Assembly (NCBI GenBank): GCA_037444745.1
Contig: JBBILT010000003.1
Span: 263,532-327,531 of the forward strand
DNA from: Ignavibacteriales bacterium
Lineage (GTDB): Bacteria > Bacteroidota > Ignavibacteria > Ignavibacteriales > Ignavibacteriaceae
Length of the DNA stretch: 64,000 bases
Direction: 5' to 3'
Shown piece after piece: positions 20,208-29,565 of this stretch. Each line of letters opens with the position of its first letter. Position 1 is the first letter of the stretch. A program made the position numbers and the translations under genes. Under the pieces are notes generated by a model. That model saw only the letters and a list, made by a program, of their open reading frames with translations, was not told the DNA's origin and ran no database searches.

Positions 20208-21185
20208 TCAAACTTTAATACCTAAAAACTCTTCTGCCAAAGCTAATCCTCCATAAATTGCAGCATCATCACCAAGCTTTGAAGAAACAATTTTAATCCC
20301 TTTTGCTGAAGCATCAAGAACATGATTATTAAATTCTTTTCTTATTATCGGCATCATAAAATCACCAAGCGCCTCAATAACTCCGCCGCCAAGAACGATC
20401 ATATCAAAGTTCATAAGATTAGCAATGCTTCCAAGAATATCACCAATAGTTTCGCACGCCTCAGTAATTCGTTTAGTAACAACTTTATCTTTTCTATCAA
20501 TAGCATTTCTTAATGCACCGCTTTTAATTCTTTGATTGAATTTTATTAAATCAGAAAGAACACTTTTTTTCTTTACTTTTTTAATGTCGTTAATAATGTT
20601 ATTCACAATTGCAGTTCTACTTGCAAGAGCTTCAAAGCAGCCTTTCTTTCCGCATCCGCATTTAGGTCCATTCTTTTGAACGAGCATATGCCCAATTTCA
20701 CCAGCAACAAAATTAAATCCCCTATAAATTTTTCCATTAATTATTACACCACCGCCGATACCTGTTCCAATAAAAACAGCCAGCATATTTTCAGATTTTT
20801 TCCCGATTCCATAATTTTTAATTCCAAGCGCACCAAGATTAACATCATTCTCCAAAAGCACCGGATAAGGAATTAATTTTTCAAGCTCTGATTTCATTCT
20901 ATAGTTTTTAATTCCAAGGTTTGGAGCAAAACCAATTACGCCTGTTATAGGATTTACAGATCCCGGCACACCCAAACAAACTGCTGCAATATTTTTGTTT
21001 TTAAGTTTAGATTCAGCAACAACTTTTTTAATAATTTCTGCTATATCTTTAACATAAGTTTTTGTCCCACTGTTTATGTTTGTAGGTTTTTTCTGGCGGG
21101 CAATAATTCCCTTTTTTGAATTGAGCACAGAAGCAAGGATTTTAGTTCCACCCATATCTACACTTACAATATATTTTTCTTGCAC
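20208..21185 (-). CDS. ROK-family sugar kinase (glucokinase-like)
   Basis: N-terminal DMGGTK ATPase motif, the ROK signature region and the CGCGKKGC zinc motif. Confidence 0.85.
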   Translation of the reverse strand: MQEKYIVSVDMGGTKILASVLNSKKGIIARQKKPTNINSGTKTYVKDIAEIIKKVVAESKLKNKNIAAVCLGVPGSVNPITGVIGFAPNLGIKNYRMKSELEKLIPYPVLLENDVNLGALGIKNYGIGKKSENMLAVFIGTGIGGGVIINGKIYRGFNFVAGEIGHMLVQKNGPKCGCGKKGCFEALASRTAIVNNIINDIKKVKKKSVLSDLIKFNQRIKSGALRNAIDRKDKVVTKRITEACETIGDILGSIANLMNFDMIVLGGGVIEALGDFMMPIIRKEFNNHVLDASAKGIKIVSSKLGDDAAIYGGLALAEEFLGIKV

Positions 21186-21315
21186 CGTTTTCTCCTTGGA
21201 TTTACAATTGGAAAGTTTGCATCAGAAAACTAAAAGTTATTTTTTTCTTAAACAAATTGATTTAAAATTTTGCCATATAATTTTGCTATTTTGCTATCGG
21301 TTAAATCAAATAAAT

Positions 21316-22095
21316 ATGAATAAAGTCTTACCACTAAAAAGATTCGGTCAGAATTATCTGCAGGATCAGAATATCATTAAAAAGATAATTGCTGAAATTG
21401 ATCCGAAAGAAAATGAATTAATAATTGAAATTGGACCGGGACAAGGTGCTTTAACTAAATATCTGATTCAGGGCAAAGCAAATCTTATTGCGATTGAGAT
21501 TGATAAAAGAGTTATTGAAGAACTGCAAAATCGTTTTAGCGATTTGAAACTATTGCAGCAGGATTTTATGGATTTGGATTTACATCAATTTATTTCTTTA
21601 CAACAACAAAAGATTAGAGTTGCAGGAAACATTCCGTACAACATTACTTCCCCGATTCTTTTCAAACTTTTTGATAACAACACTATTGTCAACGATGCTG
21701 TTTTTATGGTTCAATACGAAGTTGCAAAAAGAATGACTGCAAAAATGGGATCAAAAGATTACGGAATACTTTCGGTTCTTCTTGAGTATTTTGGAAAAAC
21801 AAAGTTAGCGTTCAAAGTTTCACCAAATGTGTTTTATCCAAAACCAAATGTTGATTCGGCTGTTGTTCATATTAACTTTAATGATAATAGAAATAATCCG
21901 GAATTCAATTCGATGTTCAAATCCATTATAAAATCTTCTTTTGGAAACCGCAGAAAGACGCTAAAAAATTCGCTGAGCAATGGTATATTTGCCGAAGTAA
22001 ATTTTAGCGGGTGCGGTATTGATCTTTCTCTGCGCGCCGAACAGCTTAATGTTGATGACTTCATCAAACTTGCTGAATTTGCAAGTAATAAATAA
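21316..22095 (+). CDS. rsmA: 16S rRNA (adenine1518/1519-N6)-dimethyltransferase
   Basis: KRFGQNYL start motif and EIGPGQGALT SAM-binding motif. I chose the ATG at 21316, because the tracked ORF start at 21076 would overlap the divergent kinase gene. Confidence 0.9.
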   Translation: MNKVLPLKRFGQNYLQDQNIIKKIIAEIDPKENELIIEIGPGQGALTKYLIQGKANLIAIEIDKRVIEELQNRFSDLKLLQQDFMDLDLHQFISLQQQKIRVAGNIPYNITSPILFKLFDNNTIVNDAVFMVQYEVAKRMTAKMGSKDYGILSVLLEYFGKTKLAFKVSPNVFYPKPNVDSAVVHINFNDNRNNPEFNSMFKSIIKSSFGNRRKTLKNSLSNGIFAEVNFSGCGIDLSLRAEQLNVDDFIKLAEFASNK

Positions 22096-22123
22096 TCTTG
22101 TTATTTCACTTATACTCTTATTA

Positions 22124-23074
22124 ATGAAAAGAATAAAATCCTTAATAAAAAAATTAAAAGCCTTTGATGTAGTCGCTATCAGCTTTTCAGCATTTTTAAT
22201 TTTGCTTCACATAATTTTTTACAGCAGGATTGAAAACACAATCACCTGGATATTCATTAATCTTTTAGTAATCAGTGTTGCCTTCGTCATATCATATCTT
22301 GAAGCAATCAGCGAGCAAAAAGTCTGGCGCATAATTCATTACTGGTACATTGCACCAATTATCTTATTAACATTCCGACAATTATTTTCTATGATAAAAC
22401 CAATACGCATTTATGATTTCGATGATTGGTTTATAGCTATAGACCGCTGGATGTTTGGGGCAGATCCTACACATTTCTTACATCAATTCTCTAATCCAGT
22501 TTTAACAGAGGTTCTGCAAATAGTTTATGGAATGTTTTATTTACTTCCAATAATTCTTGGTTTATCATTACTGAATAAAAATAGATTTGTAGCATTAGAT
22601 TTTGCTCTCTTCTCAGTTATCTATGGATTTTTTCTGTCTTATTTAGGATACTTTTCGCTGCCCGGAATAGGTCCACGTTTTACGTTGCATGATTTTAATA
22701 CTATAAACCAAACTCTTCCCGGGTTATTCCTTACAAATCCTTTAAGAGAAATGACAAACGCTGGAGAAGGAATTCCCTTTGGAACTTTGAATCCAGCTTC
22801 TGTTGTTCAGCGAGATGTTTTTCCCAGCGGACACACTATGATTACACTAATCGTTATGTACCTTTCGATTAAATTAAAAAGCCGCAGCAGATATTTTTTT
22901 ATTCCTATTGGATCATTATTGATTTTAGCTACAGTATATCTCTGGTACCATTATGTAATTGATTTGATTGGCGGATTGGCATTTATGATTTTTTCTATAT
23001 GGAGCGGCAAAATATTTTTCAACTGGTGGCAAAGAAAAATCGGGAAAGAAGAATTTGAATATGGAAAACATTGA
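22124..23074 (+). CDS. PAP2-superfamily integral membrane protein
   Basis: Multi-TM protein with FPSGHT and HYVIDLIGG motifs of the PAP2 phosphatase/transferase fold. Start placed at ATG 22124, downstream of the rsmA stop. Confidence 0.6.
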   Translation: MKRIKSLIKKLKAFDVVAISFSAFLILLHIIFYSRIENTITWIFINLLVISVAFVISYLEAISEQKVWRIIHYWYIAPIILLTFRQLFSMIKPIRIYDFDDWFIAIDRWMFGADPTHFLHQFSNPVLTEVLQIVYGMFYLLPIILGLSLLNKNRFVALDFALFSVIYGFFLSYLGYFSLPGIGPRFTLHDFNTINQTLPGLFLTNPLREMTNAGEGIPFGTLNPASVVQRDVFPSGHTMITLIVMYLSIKLKSRSRYFFIPIGSLLILATVYLWYHYVIDLIGGLAFMIFSIWSGKIFFNWWQRKIGKEEFEYGKH

Positions 23075-23763
23075 CTGAAATGAGTGAAAAAAAGAAACAA
23101 GTAAAACTAATGTTTGATAACATTGCTGGCAGATATGATTTTCTTAATCACTTCTTAAGCTTTGGTTTGGATTTTTACTGGAGAAAAAAAGCACTTAAAC
23201 TTACTGGATTAAATTCGGATTCTATATTGTTAGATGTTGCTTGCGGTACGGGTGATGTTGCAATACAAGCTAAGAAAATGGGTATTCAAAAAATTTACGG
23301 TGCTGATTTTTCTTTTAAGATGTTGAGCTTGTTTGATAAAAAATCTAATTGGATTGATGGAAAACTTGTACAAATGACAGCAGAAAAAATTCCATTCAAG
23401 GATGAATCTGTTACAAACATAACAGTAGCATTTGGAGTTAGAAATTTTTATGATATTCAGGAAGGGTTTAATTCTTTCTATCGAATCTTAAAACCAAATG
23501 GAAAAGCAACTGTAATAGAATTCAGAATGCCTTCAAATAAAATTATTAAAGGTATTTACAGATTTTATTTTAAAAATATTTTGCCTGTGTTAGGCGGAAT
23601 AATTTCCGGCGATAAAGCAGCTTATACTTACCTGCCTGATTCTGTTGAAGAGTTTGATGAGAAAGTTAATCTTGAAAAACTTTTACAAAACTCAGGTTTT
23701 AGAAAAATCGAAAAGTATAATTTTACTTTTCAAACAGTGCAGGTGTTAATCGCAGCAAAATAA
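23071..23763 (+). CDS. ubiE: demethylmenaquinone/ubiquinone C-methyltransferase
   Basis: MFDNIAGRYDFLN...LSFGLDFYWRK N-terminus and DVACGTGD SAM motif, both characteristic of UbiE/MenG. Confidence 0.9.
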   Translation: MTEMSEKKKQVKLMFDNIAGRYDFLNHFLSFGLDFYWRKKALKLTGLNSDSILLDVACGTGDVAIQAKKMGIQKIYGADFSFKMLSLFDKKSNWIDGKLVQMTAEKIPFKDESVTNITVAFGVRNFYDIQEGFNSFYRILKPNGKATVIEFRMPSNKIIKGIYRFYFKNILPVLGGIISGDKAAYTYLPDSVEEFDEKVNLEKLLQNSGFRKIEKYNFTFQTVQVLIAAK

Positions 23764-23772
23764 AATTCTTTT

Positions 23773-24351
23773 CTACACTAAGTATTTGCTCAATTCCTTA
23801 AATGCCTTTAATCTGTGACTAATTTTATTTTTTTCTTCGTGTGAAAGTTCAGCCATTGTTTTATCGTATCCATTGGGGATAAATAAAGGATCATAACCAA
23901 AACCATTTATACCGCGAGGATTTTTAATAATGTTTCCTCTTACTTCCCCAATTGCTGATTTGAATTCCTTTCCATCGTAGTAAACTGCGGCACAAACAAA
24001 TCTTCCTGGATGCGGTGCGGGATAATCTGAAAGTTTTTTAATCAACTTTAAATTATTTTTTTCATCATCTGAATTTTCTACGGCATATCTTGCTGAATAA
24101 ATTCCCGGCTCACCATTAAGTTGAAAAGCCTCCAAACCAGAATCGTCACCAATACTCGGAATATTATACTTTTCAAATGCTGCTTTAACTTTAATTTCGG
24201 CATTCTCTAAAAATGTACTTCCTGTTTCTTCAACATTAGGATGATCATAAAAATCCATGAACGATAAAATTTCTATATCGATATCTTTAAGGATTTCTTT
24301 AACATCATTTAGCTTGCCTTTATTTGTAGTTGCAAGAATTATTTGTTTCAT
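23773..24351 (-). CDS. rdgB: dITP/XTP pyrophosphatase (RdgB/HAM1 family)
   Basis: ATTNKGKL, DDSGLE, RGINGFGYDPLF and SHR motifs. Confidence 0.9.
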   Translation of the reverse strand: MKQIILATTNKGKLNDVKEILKDIDIEILSFMDFYDHPNVEETGSTFLENAEIKVKAAFEKYNIPSIGDDSGLEAFQLNGEPGIYSARYAVENSDDEKNNLKLIKKLSDYPAPHPGRFVCAAVYYDGKEFKSAIGEVRGNIIKNPRGINGFGYDPLFIPNGYDKTMAELSHEEKNKISHRLKAFKELSKYLV

Positions 24352-24378
24352 TATTTATTATTTTACTTTAAAGTAGCA

Positions 24379-24480
24379 GTCATTTCGAAGGAGTTCACGA
24401 CTGAGAAATCTGTTAAATTAATAATCCAGATTTCTCCCTCCCGCCTTGACTGCGTCAGCGGTCAGGTCGGTCGAAATGAC
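24379..24480. repeat. long imperfect hairpin repeat, family B copy 1
   Basis: GTCATTTCGA...GAGAAATCTG pairs with CAGATTTCTC...TCGAAATGAC. It is the reverse-complement counterpart of 26280-26355 and carries a ~28-bp extra segment in one arm. Confidence 0.7.
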
Positions 24481-24514
24481 GATTTATTTTTTCTTTATCT
24501 AAATACCGTTAAAA

Positions 24515-25852
24515 TTATTTTTTAACTCTATTTAATAGTTTCTTTAATTCTTCTCTTGCAGAATAATTCAATTCAGATTGGTCATACAAAAGTGATTTTT
24601 TATTCAGCACCTTCCATTCACCTTCAACCATAACAGAATTTACCGATTCACTTGATGATGAATAAACTATGTCTGAATAAACTGATTTGTCATCATCCGA
24701 AATTGAATGTACGTTTGTTGATAAATCCAACAAAGCCAAATCCGCTTTCTTTCCAACTTCAATACTTCCAATTTCATTTTGCAGATGTAATGCTTTTGCG
24801 CCTTCAATTGTGGCAAGTTTAAAAACTGTTTTGGCATCCATCGCGGTTGGACAGTGGATTGGTTTTTGTATTAAGGCAGATAATCTCATCTCATTGAAAA
24901 TACTTAGATTGTTATTGCAAGGAGCGCCATCTGCACCAAGTGAAACTGAAATTCCTCTGCTTAAATATTTTGGAATATTCGCGATTCCAGATCCAAGTTT
25001 TAAATTTGATGAAGGACAGTGCGAAACCCGTACATCATTTTTTTTCAGCAGCTCTGTTTCTTTATCATTAACGTGTATGCAATGTGCTAAAACAGAATGA
25101 TCATCAATCACACCAATTGAATTAAAATATTCAATGTTTTCTTTTTTGTGTCTGCGTTTAACTTCAGCTATTTCATCCTTATTTTCTGATGAATGAGTGT
25201 GATATAAACTTCCAGCAAAATCTTTTTTCATTTCAAAAGATTCTTTAAGAAGTTCTTCTGAACAGGATAGAACAAATCTTGGGGCAAATCCGTATTTAAT
25301 TTTTCCATTTGATGTATTGTGATAAGATTTTGCAAGTTGATAGATTTCTTTCAACTCGGATTTTGTATCTGATTTAAATTCCGGGAATAATTCATTTTCA
25401 TCAATCAAGCATTTACCTGCGATTGCGCGCATTCCAGAACTTTGCAATTCTTCAAATATCACTTCCTGATGACGAAGAGTTCCCATATCAAGCAAAGTTG
25501 TTGTACCGCTTAAAAGCAATTCATTTATTCCCAATCTAACAGAACTTAAAAGAGAATTTTTATTATGTGCGTTTTCAAAAGGAAATATTTTTAATTGGAG
25601 CCAATCGAGAAGTTCAAGATCATCCGCCAATCCACGAAATAATGTTTGGCAAAGGTGAATATGCGTTTGAACGAAACCAGGAATTAATGTTAAACCATCA
25701 AATCTTAAAACGCTTTTTTTATTTTTAGAAAAATATTTTTCATCATTCTTTTTGATTGAAACAATTCTGCCGTTTTCAATTTCCACAAAATGATTTTTTA
25801 GAATTCTATCTTTACCATCAACTGTTACAATATTTTTTGGTACGATAATCAT
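24515..25852 (-). CDS. amidohydrolase, TRZ/ATZ (MTA/SAH- or guanine-deaminase-like) family
   Basis: HIHLCQTLFRG metal-binding motif, HTHSSE, HC.H and GADG motifs of the amidohydrolase superfamily. Substrate cannot be assigned from sequence alone. Confidence 0.8.
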   Translation of the reverse strand: MIIVPKNIVTVDGKDRILKNHFVEIENGRIVSIKKNDEKYFSKNKKSVLRFDGLTLIPGFVQTHIHLCQTLFRGLADDLELLDWLQLKIFPFENAHNKNSLLSSVRLGINELLLSGTTTLLDMGTLRHQEVIFEELQSSGMRAIAGKCLIDENELFPEFKSDTKSELKEIYQLAKSYHNTSNGKIKYGFAPRFVLSCSEELLKESFEMKKDFAGSLYHTHSSENKDEIAEVKRRHKKENIEYFNSIGVIDDHSVLAHCIHVNDKETELLKKNDVRVSHCPSSNLKLGSGIANIPKYLSRGISVSLGADGAPCNNNLSIFNEMRLSALIQKPIHCPTAMDAKTVFKLATIEGAKALHLQNEIGSIEVGKKADLALLDLSTNVHSISDDDKSVYSDIVYSSSSESVNSVMVEGEWKVLNKKSLLYDQSELNYSAREELKKLLNRVKK

Positions 25853-26211
25853 TATTCTGTTTTCCCTTTGTCTTCTAATATATTATCCATTACTTCAAAC
25901 GCATATCGTAAATGTGGGATAACTATTGAGCCACCAACAATTAATGCAACATTAAATGTTTCCATTAATTCTTCTTTTGTTGCACCTTCCTGAATTGATC
26001 GATCGATATGATAAAAAATGCAATCGTTACATCGCAAAACCATTGATGCGGATAATCCCATCAACTCTTTTGTTTTTGCGTTCAAAGCACCATCAATGTA
26101 AGCTTTGTTATCAAGTGCAAAGAATTTATTAAAATCTCTAAAACCTGAGTTTAAAATTCTGTCATTCATTTCAGTGCGGTAAGCACGAGTTTCTGTTGTA
26201 GTTTTTTTCAT
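25852..26211 (-). CDS. carboxymuconolactone decarboxylase (AhpD-like) family protein
   Basis: 119 aa with the CxxC-like region CNDCIFYH typical of the CMD/AhpD fold. Its stop overlaps the amidohydrolase start. Confidence 0.75.
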   Translation of the reverse strand: MKKTTTETRAYRTEMNDRILNSGFRDFNKFFALDNKAYIDGALNAKTKELMGLSASMVLRCNDCIFYHIDRSIQEGATKEELMETFNVALIVGGSIVIPHLRYAFEVMDNILEDKGKTE

Positions 26212-26279
26212 TTTGGTTCCATTTATATTCTACTTTAAACTTATAATCTGCAATCTATAATTATTATTTTCTATTTTTT

Positions 26280-26355
26280 GTCATTTCGACCGAAGGGAGA
26301 AATCTTAACTTTTTTACAACTCAGATTTCTCAGTCGAAGACTCCTTCGAAATGAC
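26280..26355. repeat. long imperfect hairpin repeat, family B copy 2
   Basis: GTCATTTCGACCGAAGGGAGAAATCT...CAGATTTCTCAGTCGAAGACTCCTTCGAAATGAC. Inverted relative to copy 1 at 24379-24480. Confidence 0.7.
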
Positions 26356-26400
26356 TTTTCGAAATTAACTAATTAATAAAAGCTGTAGTAATAATTTTTT

Positions 26401-27057
26401 TCAAAGCTCATCCAAAAATTTATTTTTATCTGCATCATAAGATACCTCCAGCTTATTTGCCGGAATTTCAGATTCTTCATCTTCCCAATCATATCGTTTG
26501 GGCGGATCAACTTTTCTAAAAACAAATGAAGCTATAGTCCCAACAATTCCTCCAAATAAATGGGATTCCCATGAGACTCCTTTTTCAACTGGCAGAACTC
26601 CCCAAATCAATCCACCATAAAGAAAAATGACAACCAAAGCCAATGCAACTGAGCGGTTATCTTTTCTAAATATACCGCTGAAAAATAAGAACGAAACAAA
26701 ACCATAAATAATTCCGCTTGCACCGATGTGATAAACTTCTCGTGCATAAATCCAGACAAGAACTCCTGTTCCCAAATAAATTATTGTAAAAACTTTGTAT
26801 GCAACTTTAGGATAGAAATAAAAAATCCCCAATCCCATAACTATTAATGGAGCGGTGTTAGAGATCAAGTGTGAAAATCCACCGTGAATTAATGGCGATG
26901 TAAATATTCCTACAAGTCCGCTAATGTTTCGAGGAAGGATACCCAGTTTATATGGATAAATATCTAACAGGTAAGTAAATAAATAAATTGTCCAAAGCAA
27001 TAACGGGAAAGTTAAAGGAATGATAAGCTTTCTAAAAAAATCTTTTTTGTTTTGCAA
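26401..27057 (-). CDS. rhomboid-family intramembrane serine protease
   Basis: Six TM segments with GASGIIYG (catalytic Ser) and HLFGGIVG (catalytic His) motifs. Apparent TTG start. Confidence 0.8.
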   Translation of the reverse strand: MQNKKDFFRKLIIPLTFPLLLWTIYLFTYLLDIYPYKLGILPRNISGLVGIFTSPLIHGGFSHLISNTAPLIVMGLGIFYFYPKVAYKVFTIIYLGTGVLVWIYAREVYHIGASGIIYGFVSFLFFSGIFRKDNRSVALALVVIFLYGGLIWGVLPVEKGVSWESHLFGGIVGTIASFVFRKVDPPKRYDWEDEESEIPANKLEVSYDADKNKFLDEL

Positions 27058-27168
27058 GTAATAATATTTCAGTAGTTCAATTGATGTGTAAAAATAAAAT
27101 TATAAATTGTATTAAGAAAGGTGATTCTTCTTCAGTTCGGAATGCTATAGGATTCTCTAACAACCAAT

Positions 27169-27196
27169 GTCACACTGAGCAAAGTCGAAGTGTGAC
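27169..27196. repeat. 7-bp-stem hairpin GTCACAC...GTGTGAC (family C)
   Basis: GTCACACTGAGCAAAGTCGAAGTGTGAC. The loop/arm motif GAGC-AAG-CGAAGTG recurs in reverse complement at 33577-33598. Confidence 0.5.
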
Positions 27197-27247
27197 CCCA
27201 TTGATAGGAGTCAGCCTTCGACAAGCTCAGCTTGATAAAAAAAACTA

Positions 27248-28294
27248 TTATTTAATATTTGAGATTATCCCTTTTATTCTATCTTTTTGGTTTTCAGGTG
27301 CCATACTTAAAGCTTTTTCATAAAGCTGCTTTGCTTTTAACTTATCACCATTGGTCAACAATCCTTCTGCAAAACTATCCCAAACATTCCATGAGCCTGG
27401 ATGATCGATAGTATTTTTTTCAAAAACTTTTAATGCTTCATCAGTTTTTCCAATTCCCATAAGCTGATATCCAAGCGCATTTACCTGAGCTTCATCAATT
27501 CCAGGTAGAGCAAATGCTTCCTTATTAATATTTTCTGCTTCTTTTGATTTTCCCATACTCTCAAGTATCAAAGATTTGTTCATCATATTCGTTAAATTTT
27601 TATTAATGCCGATTGATCTATCAACCCAGGTAAGCGCTTTATCCAACTCATAATTATTTGTTAAAGCATAAGTCGCTATCTGATTCCAGCCCTGCCAAAA
27701 AAATCCAGGAAGGTTTGTGAGTTCCTTTTCCATACTTTCAATTACAGTTTTGTTCACATCAATTTCGATCTTAACTGGAATAGAAAGTTTTTCCCATTTC
27801 AATAAAAGTGCAGTTGAGTTTGCACTTAGTTGATCGAATGAATATGAAAGCCATTCCTGAAAATCACTTTGCAAAGGATTAACGGTGAACCGAACTGCAT
27901 CATTTGCTTGATTGTAAAAAAAGCTTCCCCACGCCGCATTATCCTTACTAAAAATTATTGTCCAGGAATTTTTTGTTGGGATCATATGCAAACCATAAGT
28001 CCCGGCTGGAACTTTATTATTCTCAACAGTTACATCTGTCGAAAAAGAAATTGTCGTATTTTCATTTGCGCCTGCACGCCAAACCTGATCGTAAGGAACA
28101 AGTGATCCCCAAATTACCCTATTGTTTACTGCAGGGCGATGATAATTAACAACAATATCTGTTAGTCCAACTCTTTGCGAAACAGATGCTTTCTGGCTTA
28201 CTTGAGGTGTTGTTAAATTTTGCTGAGCAGAAATAGAAATGAAAAATGAAAAGAATACTATTACGAAAAGAGAAAGTCTTGGTTCTTTGTACAT
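27248..28294 (-). CDS. secreted DUF2911-like protein with C-terminal TPR repeats
   Basis: Signal peptide, GANENTTISF...AGTYGLHMIP resembling DUF2911, and TPR-like helices at the C-terminus. Confidence 0.55.
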   Translation of the reverse strand: MYKEPRLSLFVIVFFSFFISISAQQNLTTPQVSQKASVSQRVGLTDIVVNYHRPAVNNRVIWGSLVPYDQVWRAGANENTTISFSTDVTVENNKVPAGTYGLHMIPTKNSWTIIFSKDNAAWGSFFYNQANDAVRFTVNPLQSDFQEWLSYSFDQLSANSTALLLKWEKLSIPVKIEIDVNKTVIESMEKELTNLPGFFWQGWNQIATYALTNNYELDKALTWVDRSIGINKNLTNMMNKSLILESMGKSKEAENINKEAFALPGIDEAQVNALGYQLMGIGKTDEALKVFEKNTIDHPGSWNVWDSFAEGLLTNGDKLKAKQLYEKALSMAPENQKDRIKGIISNIK

Positions 28295-28408
28295 ATTGTG
28301 CCTCTTATTTTAGATTAATGAATAATACAAAATAAGAAGCACGGGATTCATAAATACTTTTTATTGATGAACGGTAGAATAAGATGAAGAAATATGTAAT
28401 ATTAAAAT

Positions 28409-29395
28409 TTATTGTTCAAGTATTTTTTTCAGCTTAGACTCATCAACAGTCAGTAGACCAACTTGTGGTAATCTTTTGGTCAGATCTTTCCAATTCTTAT
28501 CAAGATTAAAAATTTCTTTAAACATTGGAAGTGCTTTTTCTATTTCACCGGTATTTGCTAATGAAACTGCAGTCCAATATTTCATTTCAAGATTTTCAGG
28601 GAACATTTGCATTGCAGCATTGTACTCATCCATTGCAAGTTTCATATCACCTTTTTCAGTTGCAAGATCTCCATTATTCATATGTTCGTAAGCACGGTAA
28701 ACTTTTAATAATCTTTTAATCTCAGCAATTGGTTCAGGATTATCTTCAACACGTAAATCGATTAATCTATCTTCCCAAAGATTTCCTGTTGCCTTACCTC
28801 TTACAACAAGTAGACAAGCAGATTGTTTGCCACGAATGTCGCCACCTTCTTTTTGTGCAGCTTCTAATGCAGTAATTAATCTTTCAGCAAGCGGTCCTTT
28901 TGAATTTTCAAATGCTTTAGACATCGCACCCCAAACAGTATTGTTCAACATCATATTTGCTTGTAAAGAATAACCATCACCAGCAATATTCCCGGCAGCA
29001 TCAATACACTTTGAACCTGTATAGGAAGCTGAATTTCCTTTTACATCAACAATTGCAAGTTGCCGAACATCTCTACCTTCGTCTGTTGCAATAAGAAGAT
29101 CAACAACTTCCTGAGCTGTCATTCCTTTTTTTAGAAACTCTAATCCTCTTTGTCCAAATGATGGATTAACAAATGATTGAGTTGCAACAACTCCAACTCC
29201 CGCTTCACCCCACGCTACAAGCGATCCAACAGAAAACCAATGAGATTGTACAGCAACTCCCATTTCCCCAGTTACCGAATCTCTTGCAACGATTGAAAAT
29301 GTATGCGCAAGTGGTTCGTCAATATTATAAACCTGTGCGGGTAATTCAATAAACAAAAATAAAATAACGAGAAATATTTTAATACAGATTTTCAT
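28409..29395 (-). CDS. secreted DUF1028-family (Ntn-hydrolase-like) protein with C-terminal TPR-like region
   Basis: The HTFSIVARD...GEMGVAVQS motif right after the signal peptide is the DUF1028 hallmark. The tail is helical and TPR-like. Confidence 0.65.
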   Translation of the reverse strand: MKICIKIFLVILFLFIELPAQVYNIDEPLAHTFSIVARDSVTGEMGVAVQSHWFSVGSLVAWGEAGVGVVATQSFVNPSFGQRGLEFLKKGMTAQEVVDLLIATDEGRDVRQLAIVDVKGNSASYTGSKCIDAAGNIAGDGYSLQANMMLNNTVWGAMSKAFENSKGPLAERLITALEAAQKEGGDIRGKQSACLLVVRGKATGNLWEDRLIDLRVEDNPEPIAEIKRLLKVYRAYEHMNNGDLATEKGDMKLAMDEYNAAMQMFPENLEMKYWTAVSLANTGEIEKALPMFKEIFNLDKNWKDLTKRLPQVGLLTVDESKLKKILEQ

Positions 29396-29424
29396 TTTGC
29401 CACCTTGTTAATAATTTAATAACT

Positions 29425-29544
29425 CAACTTACGCAAATCTGTGAAATCTTCGAGGTTTTGATAAAACTATAGCCAAAATAGTAGGAAAATTTTTAATTAT
29501 TTCAGAAAACTTCGAAGGTTTTTTTCAAATGTGCGTAACATCAG
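29425..29544. mobile_element. MITE-like element, copy 2 (family A)
   Basis: 120 bp, collinear with 19971-20091 with a single 1-nt indel in my by-eye alignment. Flanked by a perfect 9-bp direct repeat TTAATAACT (29416-29424 and 29545-29553). Confidence 0.75.
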
Positions 29545-29565
29545 TTAATAACTATTTTATTTGTT

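Noticed and set aside
21076-21315. N-terminal 80-codon extension of rsmA in the ORF track.
   Set aside because: It would overlap the divergent ROK kinase start and the promoter region. The conserved KsgA N-terminus (KRFGQNYL) begins right after the ATG at 21316.
22019-22123. N-terminal extension of the PAP2 membrane protein ORF.
   Set aside because: It overlaps the rsmA 3' end in another frame. The ATG at 22124 lies downstream of the rsmA stop and starts a typical basic/TM N-terminus.
24343-24525. 60-aa plus-strand ORF.
   Set aside because: It spans the family B repeat copy 1, so it reads through a palindromic repeat and has no coding signal.
24687-25100. 137-aa plus-strand ORF.
   Set aside because: It is antisense to the amidohydrolase gene, whose metal-binding motifs are intact.
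23071-25852. Idea that the TRZ/ATZ-type amidohydrolase near ubiE/menG is an aminofutalosine deaminase of the futalosine menaquinone pathway.
   Set aside because: No mqn genes are in the window. The genes are on opposite strands and separated by rdgB. The family cannot be sub-typed by eye.
27081-27323. 80-aa plus-strand ORF in the rhomboid/DUF2911 gap.
   Set aside because: It is simply the translation of the family C hairpin repeat and of the antisense of the DUF2911 gene end.
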